In this document: one piece after another, positions 38,008 through 46,951 of the stretch
Layout of the letters: every line of letters begins with the position of its first letter
Position numbering within the stretch: the first letter of the stretch is position 1
Origin: an uncultured Lachnospiraceae bacterium
GTDB taxonomy: Bacteria > Bacillota > Clostridia > Oscillospirales > CAG-272
Assembly: GCA_964416635.1 (NCBI GenBank)
Contig: CAYQEY010000002.1
Location: 1 to 54,116, forward strand
DNA: 54,116 nt
Direction: 5' to 3'
The notes under the pieces: generated by a model
What the model was told of the DNA's origin: nothing
The model's input: only the letters and a program-made list of their open reading frames with translations
The model's database searches: none
Position numbers and translations under genes: made by a program

Positions 38008-38616
38008 ATGTCAAAGCAAAAATGGAAGGGCGGCGCTCTTCTCGCTCCCGTTCCTCCTGCCATGATAAGCTGCGGAAACGAGAGAGACGGAAGCTCCAAT
38101 ATCATTACCGTTGCCTGGACGGGCATAATCAACACGGTACCGCCAAAGACCTATATCTCGGTGCGCCCCTCACGTCATTCATACAATCTCATAAAGGAGA
38201 ACAGGGAATTTGCGATAAATCTTACCACAGCAGCTCTGGTCAAGTCGGCTGATTACTGCGGAATATACACCGGAGCAAAGGTAAATAAATTTGAAAAATG
38301 CAATCTTCACGAGGAAGAAGCAAGTGAGATATCCTGTCCCCTTATTTCCGAAAGCCCGATATCACTTGAATGCAGGGTCACCGACGTCATCGAGCTCGGC
38401 TCTCACCATATGTTTCTTGCCGATATAGTTGCGGTAGATGTCGACGACTCCCTGTTGAATTCCGACGGCAAATTATGCCTTGAGAGAGCAAAGCTCGCGG
38501 CATTTTCTCACGGAGAATATTTTTCCCTCGGTGAAAAAATAGGTTACTTCGGATTCTCGGTAAAAAAGAAAAAGAAAAAGCACCTTGACCCCGAAACGCA
38601 AAAAACATCCAAATGA
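38008..38616 (+). CDS. Flavin reductase-like (FMN-binding split barrel) protein with a Lys-rich tail
   Basis: NIITVAWTGIINTVPPKTYISVRPSRHSYNLIKENREFAINL. The ATG directly abuts the tcdA stop. Confidence 0.7.
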   Translation: MSKQKWKGGALLAPVPPAMISCGNERDGSSNIITVAWTGIINTVPPKTYISVRPSRHSYNLIKENREFAINLTTAALVKSADYCGIYTGAKVNKFEKCNLHEEEASEISCPLISESPISLECRVTDVIELGSHHMFLADIVAVDVDDSLLNSDGKLCLERAKLAAFSHGEYFSLGEKIGYFGFSVKKKKKKHLDPETQKTSK

Positions 38617-38625
38617 CACTGGCGT

Positions 38626-38856
38626 TGTGTAAAACGACGAAAATGACCTGTTTTCAAAAAAGCTCTTGACAGATGTGCGAGAAAGTTTTCCACAGGTAAA
38701 ATTTAATTTACCCTCGAAAGCACCCTTGATTTTAAAGGTTTTCCACACTTTCCACAAAGTTTTCCACAGTTTTGGACTTTTCCACAACATGAAGATGTGT
38801 AAAACTTTATCAAAATAAAGTTCGTTAAAATACACAAATATCCATATTATTCCACA
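38626..38856. promoter_or_regulatory. Cluster of DnaA-box-like 9-mers
   Basis: TTTTCCACA at 38676, 38729, 38750 and 38768; CTTTCCACA at 38738; TATTCCACA at 38848; inverted TGTGTAAAA at 38626 and 38786. All lie in a non-coding gap and are followed by an AT-rich stretch. Confidence 0.6.
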
Positions 38857-38940
38857 AAAATTTGACTCATTTTAGGCACTTTTAGGGGAAATATAAAAAT
38901 CACAAGAAACGATAATTTGCAGTGTTTTGCAAAAATTGTG

Positions 38941-38969
38941 TTGTAATATTGCAAGTGAAGTGTTATAAT
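38941..38969 (+). promoter_or_regulatory. Sigma-A type promoter (TTGTAA-17-TGtTATAAT)
   Basis: TTGTAA at 38941-38946 and TATAAT at 38964-38969, about 30 nt before the GTG of the pseudouridine synthase gene. Confidence 0.5.
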
Positions 38970-38997
38970 TATACTAAACAGATATCCGGAGGCTTTT

Positions 38998-39936
38998 GTG
39001 AGATATACCGTATCGGAGCAAGAGAACGGAAAAACGGTAAAAGAGATATTGCTCGGCAGTATCGGCATATCGGTATCCTTTCTCAGACACTTGAAATTTA
39101 TTGAAAACGGAATAATGCTCAACGGAAGCAAGGTCACCGTTCGCAAGCAGGTGAAGCACGGCGACGTGCTTGAACTCGCAACCGAGAACGAGCGGCTCGG
39201 ATCGAGACTTACACCAAATGATATACCCATAGACATAATCTTTGAGGACAGCGAGCTGGTAGTCCCCTCAAAACCATCGGATATGCCGACGCATCCGTCG
39301 CACAATCACCACGGCGACACGCTTGCCGACGCGCTTGCATACCGCTACAGAAATGAAAACGAGCCCTTCGTCTTCCGCCCGATAAACCGCCTTGACCGAA
39401 ACACCAGCGGTCTTACGATAGTAGCAAGAAATCGAATAAGCGCGGCAAGGCTTTCAGAATCTATGCGAAGCGGGCTTATAAAAAAGCAGTATATCGCCAT
39501 TCTCGACGGCATTCCGCCTGCCGAGTGCGGAAGTATAGAGACGTATATGCGACGAACAGCCGAAAGCATAATCGTGCGCGAGGTCTGCGGTGCCGATCAG
39601 GGCGGCGACTACGCTCTGACGCACTACAGAACGATTGCCGATAACGGCCGTTTTTCTCTCGTCGCCGCAGCTCCCGAAACCGGAAGGACCCACCAACTCC
39701 GCGTGCATTTTGCCCATATAGGTTGCGCGATACTCGGGGACGACATATACGGAGAACGATCTCCGCTTATCGGAAGGCACGCGCTCCATGCCGCAGCCTT
39801 GGCTTTCCCTCACCCTGCGACAGATCTGCAAACAAAGCTTTTCGCGCCCTTGCCGGAGGATATGCAAGAACTCAGCCGCCGCTTGTTCGGGGCTGATATA
39901 TGTGAAAAACTTTATGAGCTTTGCGACCTACCATAA
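38998..39936 (+). CDS. RluA family pseudouridine synthase (RluD-like, with S4 domain)
   Basis: GTG start after GGAGG, S4-like N-terminus, catalytic RLDRNTSG, HQLRVH motif. Confidence 0.85.
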   Translation: MRYTVSEQENGKTVKEILLGSIGISVSFLRHLKFIENGIMLNGSKVTVRKQVKHGDVLELATENERLGSRLTPNDIPIDIIFEDSELVVPSKPSDMPTHPSHNHHGDTLADALAYRYRNENEPFVFRPINRLDRNTSGLTIVARNRISAARLSESMRSGLIKKQYIAILDGIPPAECGSIETYMRRTAESIIVREVCGADQGGDYALTHYRTIADNGRFSLVAAAPETGRTHQLRVHFAHIGCAILGDDIYGERSPLIGRHALHAAALAFPHPATDLQTKLFAPLPEDMQELSRRLFGADICEKLYELCDLP

Positions 39937-39956
39937 AAGCAAAAAAGGAATTGAAA

Positions 39957-41159
39957 ATGGATCTCAATAAGCAAAAACTTAACGAACAAAACGCACAGAA
40001 CCCATGCAATGATACCGACGCATCGCTTGAAGAGAATACGGCGGATGCTCTGACTGAGCCATCTCTGCCCGTCGAGAAGAAAAAGCTCCCGCTTTTTTGC
40101 AAAATAATGTACGGAGTAGCGGCGTTTTGCGCAGTACTCTATGTAATATTTCTCTTCTCACCCGACTTTGCCGATTTCTTCAACGAAAATATCTCACCCA
40201 TAATACGGATAACGCTCGCAAAGCTCACGGCTTGGATACCCTTCTCACTGACCGAGTTTATTATTCTTCTTTTGCCGATCATCATATATGTTATAGTCTA
40301 TATCGGCATTAAGCGATATTCCTCGTCATGGAGAAATATAGGAATCTTCTGCCTTACCGTGCTCTCTGTCGCCGCATATGTCTTTTCTGCCTTTACGCTT
40401 GCCTTCGTACCTGCTTACCGAGGCTCTACGCTTGACGTAAAGATGGGACTTGACAAACAGCCGGTCAGCGCAAATGAGCTGTATTATACCTCGCAGATAG
40501 TAGTCGATAAGCTCAACGAGCTTGAAGCAGATATAGACTTCAGAGAAGCCGACGATTTTTCGGTCATGCCATACGGATACTCCGAACTCAACGACAAATT
40601 GATTGAAGCCTTCGACGTTGCATGCGAGAAATACGATTTTCTGCAGTCGTTTGACAGCAATATCAAGCGTATCATGCTCAGCGAGCCTATGACCTACACG
40701 CATATAAGCGGCGTTTACACATTCTTTACGGGCGAAGCCAACATCAACACCAATTTTCCCGATTATACCATTCCCTTCACCGCCGCTCACGAACTGGCAC
40801 ATCAGAGGGGCATAGCGCGGGAGGATGAGGCAAATTTCGTAGCATTTATCGTATGCTCCGGGTCGTCGGACAAATATATACAGTATTCTGCTTATCTCAA
40901 TCTATATGAATATCTTGCCGGACCCTTGAGCCGGGCAAACTCGCAGTACTACGCTCTCGTGTACGGACAGCTGCCGGGCAACATAAGACTTGAGATGAAA
41001 GCGTATTCAAAATTTTTCGACAAATATCGCGAAAACATTGCCGAAAAAGTCTCTGAAAAAGTCAACAACACCTTTATTACCATAAACGGTGCCGAGGAAG
41101 GGACAAAGAGCTACGGTATGGTAGTGGATCTCGCCGTAGCCTACTACAAAGAAAAATGA
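39957..41159 (+). CDS. DUF3810 family membrane protein with a zincin-like HExxH
   Basis: N-terminal TM segments, then FTAAHELAHQRG (HExxH) plus EDEANF. The start is taken at M13. Confidence 0.65.
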   Translation: MDLNKQKLNEQNAQNPCNDTDASLEENTADALTEPSLPVEKKKLPLFCKIMYGVAAFCAVLYVIFLFSPDFADFFNENISPIIRITLAKLTAWIPFSLTEFIILLLPIIIYVIVYIGIKRYSSSWRNIGIFCLTVLSVAAYVFSAFTLAFVPAYRGSTLDVKMGLDKQPVSANELYYTSQIVVDKLNELEADIDFREADDFSVMPYGYSELNDKLIEAFDVACEKYDFLQSFDSNIKRIMLSEPMTYTHISGVYTFFTGEANINTNFPDYTIPFTAAHELAHQRGIAREDEANFVAFIVCSGSSDKYIQYSAYLNLYEYLAGPLSRANSQYYALVYGQLPGNIRLEMKAYSKFFDKYRENIAEKVSEKVNNTFITINGAEEGTKSYGMVVDLAVAYYKEK

Positions 41160-41197
41160 TCTGCAGACGCTGACAACGAAAATCTATTGGAGGTATT

Positions 41198-42454
41198 ATG
41201 GAAAAGCTTATCATACGCGGCAGAAATCCGCTTTACGGCGACGTAAAAATAAGCGGAATGAAAAATTCCGCCCTACCCGTAATTTTCGGAACGATAGCCG
41301 CAGACGACATTTGCACCATAAAAAATCTCCCCGACATCAGCGATATATCATTGGCACTTGAGACCCTGCAAATGATAGGCGCAGACGTGCGCTTCATCAA
41401 TACCTCCACGGTAATGATAGACACACGTGGGGTGCAGATGAAAAGCCCTCCGCTCGAACATGTCAGCAAGATGCGGGCATCTATATATCTTCTCGGAGCT
41501 ATGCTCGGACGCTTCGGCAGTGCCGAGGTCGGCTATCCGGGAGGCTGCGACTTCGGTCTGCGCCCGATAAATCTCCACATCAAAGGCTTTGAGGCGCTCG
41601 GTGCAAAGATAACATTTTCAACCAGTGCTATGATAAACGGCGAAGCTCCGAACGGACTTCACGGAAATCTCGTTTATTTCGATATAGCATCGGTCGGTGC
41701 TACGATAAACGTTATGCTTGCCGCCGTATTTGCAGAAGGCACAACAATTATTGAAAACGCCGCCCGCGAGCCTCATATAGTTGACATGGCGTGCTTTCTC
41801 AACGCATGCGGGGCTCATATTTCGGGAGCCGGAACGAGCATGATACGCATCAAGGGCGTCGAAAAGCTTCACGGTTGCACTTATGAGCTTGCGCCCGATA
41901 TGATCGAGGCAGGAACCTATATGGTTGCCGCCGCCGCTACAAGAGGACGGATCTGCGTGCAAAATATCGTTCCGAAGCATATGGAGTCGGTCAGCGCAAA
42001 GCTTCGGGAGATAGGGATACCGCTCGAAATATCCAACAATTCCATAACGGTCAGCGGTATAGAAGATTTTCGCGGAACCGAGATCAGAACCAACCCCTAT
42101 CCGGGATTTCCAACTGATATGCACCCCCAGTTCAGCGCTCTGCTATCCCTCTCGCGCGGTATCAGTACCGTCTCGGAAAGTATATACAGCGGAAGATTCA
42201 AGTACGTGCAGGAGCTTAATAAAATGGGCGCAAACATTGAAGTTATCGAAAATGCCGCTCTTATCAACGGCGTGCCCGCACTTCACGGAGCAGACGTCAA
42301 GGCTACCGACCTGCGTGCAGGCGCTTGCCTTGTTATAGCCGCTCTTGCCGCCGAGGGTATTTCCACGATATCCAATATAGAATACATAGACCGAGGATAT
42401 GAAAACCTCGTTGAAAAGCTCCGATTTCTCGGAGCTGACATACGACGCATGTAA
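41198..42454 (+). CDS. murA: UDP-N-acetylglucosamine 1-carboxyvinyltransferase
   Basis: ISGMKNSALP, the GGCDFGLRPINLH active-site loop with Cys, FPTDMHPQF; 418 aa. Confidence 0.9.
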   Translation: MEKLIIRGRNPLYGDVKISGMKNSALPVIFGTIAADDICTIKNLPDISDISLALETLQMIGADVRFINTSTVMIDTRGVQMKSPPLEHVSKMRASIYLLGAMLGRFGSAEVGYPGGCDFGLRPINLHIKGFEALGAKITFSTSAMINGEAPNGLHGNLVYFDIASVGATINVMLAAVFAEGTTIIENAAREPHIVDMACFLNACGAHISGAGTSMIRIKGVEKLHGCTYELAPDMIEAGTYMVAAAATRGRICVQNIVPKHMESVSAKLREIGIPLEISNNSITVSGIEDFRGTEIRTNPYPGFPTDMHPQFSALLSLSRGISTVSESIYSGRFKYVQELNKMGANIEVIENAALINGVPALHGADVKATDLRAGACLVIAALAAEGISTISNIEYIDRGYENLVEKLRFLGADIRRM

Positions 42455-42490
42455 CGCGCGATCAGACGCACCCTTTACCCACTTAATTTG

Positions 42491-42624
42491 TGGAGGGCAC
42501 TCGCCCTCCACCTCGCTTTATTTATGGAGGGCTCCTCGCCCTCCAACTCGCTTTATTTTGGAGGGCTCCTCGCCCTCCACCCCGCTTTATTTTGGAGGGC
42601 TCCTCGCCCTCCACCTCGCAAACT
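42491..42624. repeat. Four tandem units of 34-35 bp, each with a GC-rich stem-loop
   Basis: Unit TGGAGGGC-tcctc-GCCCTCCA-cctcgctttatttt repeats four times head-to-tail, starting at about 42491, 42525, 42559 and 42594, immediately downstream of murA. Confidence 0.8.
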
Positions 42625-42680
42625 TTTTGAAAAAAGTTTGATCAAAAACTTTATACGAGGATATGCTATTTTTATAATAA

Positions 42681-43000
42681 AATAAAAAGCTTTCTCGGTA
42701 GCGATGAGCTGTCCGAGAAAGCTTCCTCGAAAAAAATACTCGTTATCAGATTTAAACTGCATAAACCAGCCTTGATGTCAAAAACATTCCCGTAGGAAGT
42801 TCTTTGGCGCCACCCTTTCTTTTAAGAAAGGTGGCAAAAAATAAAAAGCTTTCTCGGTAGCGATGAGCTGTCCGAGAAAGTTTCCTCGGAAAAAAATACT
42901 CGTTATCAGATTTAAACTGCATAAACCAGCCTTGATGTTCCAAAAAAACTTCCTCGTAGGAAGTTCTTTGGGCGACTTTCTCGAAAGAAAGTCGCGAAAA
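42681..43000. repeat. Two tandem copies of a module of about 159 bp carrying three hairpins each
   Basis: The first 98 nt or so of each copy differ by one substitution and one indel. On the minus strand the CTTTCTCGG...CCGAGAAAG hairpin is followed by a T-run, making it terminator-like. The last hairpin differs in sequence but keeps its pairing: GCCACCCTTTC/GAAAGGTGGC versus GCGACTTTCT/AGAAAGTCGC. Confidence 0.8.
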
Positions 43001-43019
43001 AAACCAACAAAAAGCAACT

Positions 43020-43568
43020 TTAAAGGGTATATCTTTTATACTCTGTGCCGTCGAGTTCCGTAAACGAGAAAGTGCGATCCTCGTAAAGTATATAGCTCTT
43101 CGGAGAATTTTCTTTCGGAATCGAAAGAGAACCCGGATTGATATAGACGTTATCATCTCCGAATTTCTCGGCTACCGGAACGTGGGTATGTCCGTGGAGA
43201 AGTATGTCTCCCCTTGCAAGCGGAGGAAGGCTTTGCAGGTTGAACTTGTGTCCGTGAGTTGCGAATATGCGCAAGCCGTCAAATGAAAGATAGGCGTAGT
43301 CCGCAAGTATGGGAAACGCGAGAACCATCTGATCCACCTCGGTATCACAGTTTCCTCGCACGGCGAGTATATTCCCGGCAAGCGGGTTCAGAAGCTCTAT
43401 AACCCTTTTGGGAGCATAGCCTTTCGGAAGATCGTTGCGAGGTCCGTGATAGAGAATATCTCCGAGCAGTACCAGCCGCTCGGCGTTGCTTTTTTTATAG
43501 ATCTCGACGAGCCTCTCCGCTGTCTGCGCATCACCGTGAATATCCGATGCTATCATTATTCTTGCCAT
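43020..43568 (-). CDS. yfcE: YfcE/MJ0936 family metallophosphoesterase
   Basis: IMIASDIHGD, LLGDILYHGPRN, VRGNCD, HGH..., LHGHTH motifs. Confidence 0.8.
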   Translation of the reverse strand: MARIMIASDIHGDAQTAERLVEIYKKSNAERLVLLGDILYHGPRNDLPKGYAPKRVIELLNPLAGNILAVRGNCDTEVDQMVLAFPILADYAYLSFDGLRIFATHGHKFNLQSLPPLARGDILLHGHTHVPVAEKFGDDNVYINPGSLSIPKENSPKSYILYEDRTFSFTELDGTEYKRYTL

Positions 43569-43575
43569 ACGCACC

Positions 43576-44826
43576 TCATCTTACCGCGCCGTCGCCAGAA
43601 ATAAGATACTTCTCGGTGGTAAGGGCATGAAGTCCCATCGGTCCTCTAACGTGGAGCTTCTGCGTCGATATGCCTATCTCGGCGCCAAAGCCGAACTCAC
43701 CGCCGTCTGTAAACCTAGTCGAAGCGTTTACGTAAACGGCAACCGAGTCGACCTCGTTCTGGAATTTTCGGGCGGAAGTCATATTCTCGGTAACGATAGC
43801 CTCACTGTGTCCCGTGCTGTACCTGTTTATATGCGCGATGGCTTCTTCAAGCGAATCGACAACGCCGATGGCGACGATATAATCGTCGTACTCTGTCTCA
43901 AAGTCCTCCTGCGTTGCACTCGATATGTCCGGAAGTATCGCTCGTGTCCTTTCGCATCCGCGCATATCGACGTTGTACTCCGAGAATGCCTCGGCAAGTC
44001 TCGGCAAAAATCTATCCGCCACAGCCGAGTGAACCAGTATCGTCTCAATGGCATTGCAGACCGACGGACGCGAGCATTTTGCGTTTACGGCTATCTTTAT
44101 CGCCTTATCAAGATCGGCACTCTCGTCAATATAAAGATGGCAGTTGCCCGCCCCCGTCTCTATTACGGGAACCTTTGAGTTCTCCACACAGGCGCGGATA
44201 AGTCCCTTTCCGCCTCGCGGAATGAGCACGTCGATAAGCCCTCTCATGGACATAAGAGCATTTGCGCTCTCGCGCGACGTCGAAGTGATTAGCTCGACCG
44301 CCGAGGGGTCAAAGCCGCTTTTTTCAAGAGCCGCCTTGATGACCTTTACAAATTCCTTATTCGTGTTTATCGCTTCCTTGCCACCTCGGAGCACCACGGC
44401 ATTTCCGGTTTTAAGGCAAAGCGCCGCAGAATCGACGGTTACGTTGGGGCGTGCCTCGTAGATTATGCCGACAACGCCAAGCGGAACGCGCACACGTTGC
44501 AGAGTTATACCCGACGGGCGGCTCCATACGTCTCCCTTGCCGATAGGGTCGTCAAGCGCGGCAACGCTGAAGAGAGAATCCGCGATCCCCTTGATCCTCG
44601 ATTCGTTTATCATAAGTCGATCAAGCATTGCCCTTGCAACGCCGTTTTCCTCGGCGCTTTCAAGGTCGGATCTATTTCCCGCGATAATGCTCTTCGAATT
44701 TTCGAGAAGCATTTCGGCGATGCACAAAAGCAGACCGTTCTTTTTATCCTCCGAAGCCAATGCGACAGAGCGCGACGCGCGCTTGGCATTTTCGCACAGC
44801 AATCTTACTTCATTTTGTATATCCAT
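43576..44826 (-). CDS. proA: Glutamate-5-semialdehyde dehydrogenase (gamma-glutamyl phosphate reductase)
   Basis: 416 aa with an aldehyde dehydrogenase fold, CNAIETILVH catalytic Cys context, and STRFTDGGEFG. Confidence 0.9.
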   Translation of the reverse strand: MDIQNEVRLLCENAKRASRSVALASEDKKNGLLLCIAEMLLENSKSIIAGNRSDLESAEENGVARAMLDRLMINESRIKGIADSLFSVAALDDPIGKGDVWSRPSGITLQRVRVPLGVVGIIYEARPNVTVDSAALCLKTGNAVVLRGGKEAINTNKEFVKVIKAALEKSGFDPSAVELITSTSRESANALMSMRGLIDVLIPRGGKGLIRACVENSKVPVIETGAGNCHLYIDESADLDKAIKIAVNAKCSRPSVCNAIETILVHSAVADRFLPRLAEAFSEYNVDMRGCERTRAILPDISSATQEDFETEYDDYIVAIGVVDSLEEAIAHINRYSTGHSEAIVTENMTSARKFQNEVDSVAVYVNASTRFTDGGEFGFGAEIGISTQKLHVRGPMGLHALTTEKYLISGDGAVR

Positions 44827-44837
44827 TATTTCACACC

Positions 44838-45350
44838 TCAGATCCTCTTATAAACCTCTTCTATTTCACAAACATAAAACGTGTGATAATCCTTCTTCGA
44901 GCGATAGCTCTCCATCACCTCGCTCTCGAGGAAACAGCCTTCACGAAGTTCGTCCTCGTAGAGCTTTTTACATACAAGAACCGTATCAGCCTCGACTACA
45001 ACCGGTACTCCATTTAAATCTCTCGTGCTGAGTCCGCTTGCCGCAAGCTTGTCGGTATCGCGTCCGCTCTCTCGTCCGCAGAGCCTGAGTGCATCTCTGT
45101 ATTCCTCAGAGAGAAATGCGATCGAAAATCTGTTCTGCTCTTCAAGCAGCTTATGAGTGTGTCGCTGAGGTCGTACAAAACAGATACATATATTTTTATT
45201 CCACAGCACACCCATGGCACCCCAGCTTGCCGTCATGGCGTTTACTCTGTCCTGCTCACGGTCGTAAGCCGTTATAAGCATCCAGTCGCTGCCTATCATA
45301 TTCATCGCATTGCCGAGCTCCTCGGCACCTGTTTTCTTGAAGCCTTCCAT
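44838..45350 (-). CDS. Flavin reductase-like (FMN-binding split barrel) protein
   Basis: NAMTASWGAMGVLWNKNICICFVRPQRHTHKLL; AGGAGG SD. Confidence 0.7.
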   Translation of the reverse strand: MEGFKKTGAEELGNAMNMIGSDWMLITAYDREQDRVNAMTASWGAMGVLWNKNICICFVRPQRHTHKLLEEQNRFSIAFLSEEYRDALRLCGRESGRDTDKLAASGLSTRDLNGVPVVVEADTVLVCKKLYEDELREGCFLESEVMESYRSKKDYHTFYVCEIEEVYKRI

Positions 45351-45561
45351 ATTGCCTCCTTAAGATCGTAGCTACTATATAATATAGCAAAAAAATGCCT
45401 TTTCGTCAATAATTTTTCCAAATAAAGCTCCGCAAAAAGCAAAAAAAGCTTTATTTTTTGAAAAAATAAGCAAAAAATTATGGACAAAAAGACGAAAAAG
45501 TATTATAATTATTGCGTATAGCTGATTCGCTAAAGATTTTTAAAACACGAAAGGTACCACA

Positions 45562-46593
45562 ATGCAAAACAACATGAAATTCATTCGCAAGCTTCCCATC
45601 CCCATGGACCTCAAGGCAGAATTTCCCCTCAAGGAAGAATACGCTCAGAAGAAAAAGATCCGCGACTCAGAGATCGCAGATATATTTACAGGCAAATCCG
45701 ACAAGCTCATCCTTGTTATCGGACCCTGCTCAGCGGACCGCGAGGACGCGGTCCTTGACTATATTTCAAGACTTGCAAAGGTTCAGGAAAAGGTAAGCGA
45801 CAAAATACTTATCATCCCCAGAATATATACCAACAAGCCCCGCACGACCGGTGACGGCTACAAGGGCATGGTACACCAGCCCGACCCCAACGCCGCAGAG
45901 GATATGCTTGAGGGTATAATAGCGATCCGCCGTCTGCACACCAGAGCCATCGAAGAGACCGAGCTTTTCTGCGCCGACGAAATGCTCTATCCCGAAAATT
46001 ACCGTTACCTCTCCGATCTGCTCTCCTACGTTGCCGTCGGGGCGCGCTCTGTTGAAAACCAACAGCACAGACTGACCGCCAGCGGAATAGATATACCGGT
46101 AGGCATGAAAAATCCCACGGGCGGCGATATATCGGTAATGCTCAATTCCATCACCGCCGCGCAACACTCGCACACCTTCCTCTATCGCGGATGGGAATGC
46201 CGTTCAAGCGGAAACCCCCTCACTCACGCTATCCTCAGAGGATACGTAAACAAGCACGGCGAGTCGCTCCCAAACTATCACTTTGAGGATCTTGCCTACC
46301 TCTATAAAGAGTACAGCTCGCGCGATCTTGCAAATCCTGCGCTCATCGTCGACGCCAACCACGCAAACTCGGGCAAGAAATATCTTGAGCAAAGCCGTAT
46401 ATGCAAGGAAGTCCTCCACTCGGCAAGACATTCCGCAGAGATAAAGAGCCTGCTTAAGGGCTTTATGATAGAAAGCTACATCGAGGACGGAGCGCAGAAG
46501 ACCTGCGAGATCTACGGAAAATCCATAACCGACCCCTGCCTCGGCTGGGAAAAGACCGAAAGACTTATCTACGATCTCGCCGATCTCGTTTAA
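45562..46593 (+). CDS. 3-deoxy-7-phosphoheptulonate (DAHP) synthase, class I
   Basis: LILVIGPCSADRED, PRIYTNKPRT and VDANHANS motifs; 343 aa. Confidence 0.85.
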   Translation: MQNNMKFIRKLPIPMDLKAEFPLKEEYAQKKKIRDSEIADIFTGKSDKLILVIGPCSADREDAVLDYISRLAKVQEKVSDKILIIPRIYTNKPRTTGDGYKGMVHQPDPNAAEDMLEGIIAIRRLHTRAIEETELFCADEMLYPENYRYLSDLLSYVAVGARSVENQQHRLTASGIDIPVGMKNPTGGDISVMLNSITAAQHSHTFLYRGWECRSSGNPLTHAILRGYVNKHGESLPNYHFEDLAYLYKEYSSRDLANPALIVDANHANSGKKYLEQSRICKEVLHSARHSAEIKSLLKGFMIESYIEDGAQKTCEIYGKSITDPCLGWEKTERLIYDLADLV

Positions 46594-46739
46594 TACCTTC
46601 AGACCCCTTTGCAGCAGAGTAAACACTCCACGCATATTTCTGCAACACTCAGCCGATACACGTTACGGTAAAGTAAAAAAGCCAAGAAGACATCTGATAC
46701 ATCTTCATCTTAATTCAACATCCCTTTTATTTGATCGAA

Positions 46740-46775
46740 AGAGCCGATACGAACTCCGTATCGGCTCTTTCTTAT
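46740..46775. terminator. Bidirectional intrinsic terminator
   Basis: Stem AGAGCCGATACG / CGTATCGGCTCT, followed by TTCTTATTTATTT on the + strand. Confidence 0.65.
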
Positions 46776-46779
46776 TTAT

Positions 46780-46872
46780 TTAGCAACCACAGCAGCAGAA
46801 CACGATGAGAAGTGCAATGATGATCCACCAAATGTTGTTGTCGCCAAAAAGATTGCAAAGACAGTTATTCAT
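46780..46872 (-). CDS. Tiny (30 aa) Cys-rich single-pass membrane peptide
   Basis: MNNCLCNLFGDNNIWWIIIALLIVFCCCGC. A GGAGGA SD lies 7 nt upstream of the ATG (M35 of the tracked ORF). It is followed by the terminator hairpin. Confidence 0.5.
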   Translation of the reverse strand: MNNCLCNLFGDNNIWWIIIALLIVFCCCGC

Positions 46873-46951
46873 AACAGATCCTCCGATTAAGTTTAGGGGG
46901 CTTAGCCCTCTCGATATCATAATATGCAAAGGATCGGTTTGTGTGATAGCT

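Noticed and set aside
38473-38835. 120-aa minus-strand ORF with WKxxWK repeats
   Set aside because: Its repetitive peptide (LWKSPKLWKTLWKVWKTF) is the translation of the tandem TGTGGAAA (DnaA-box) repeats. It also overlaps the 3' end of the flavin reductase gene in antisense.
38626-38990. Calling this region the chromosomal origin oriC
   Set aside because: The DnaA-box density and the adjacent AT-rich DNA fit an origin. However, dnaA and dnaN are absent from the window, and the gene-strand switch is about 8 kb away. Non-origin DnaA-box clusters are also well known. It is kept as a finding, but not called oriC.
42491-42624. Possible CRISPR array (regular palindromic repeats of about 35 bp)
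   Set aside because: The repeats are directly abutting, with no unique spacers. There are only four units and no cas genes in the window.
42553-43156. ORFs 42553..42762(-) and 42752..43156(-), which share the peptide MQFKSDNEYFF
   Set aside because: The shared peptide merely reflects the 159-bp tandem duplication. The ORFs run through terminator hairpins and have only a weak AAGG upstream. A non-coding interpretation is preferred.
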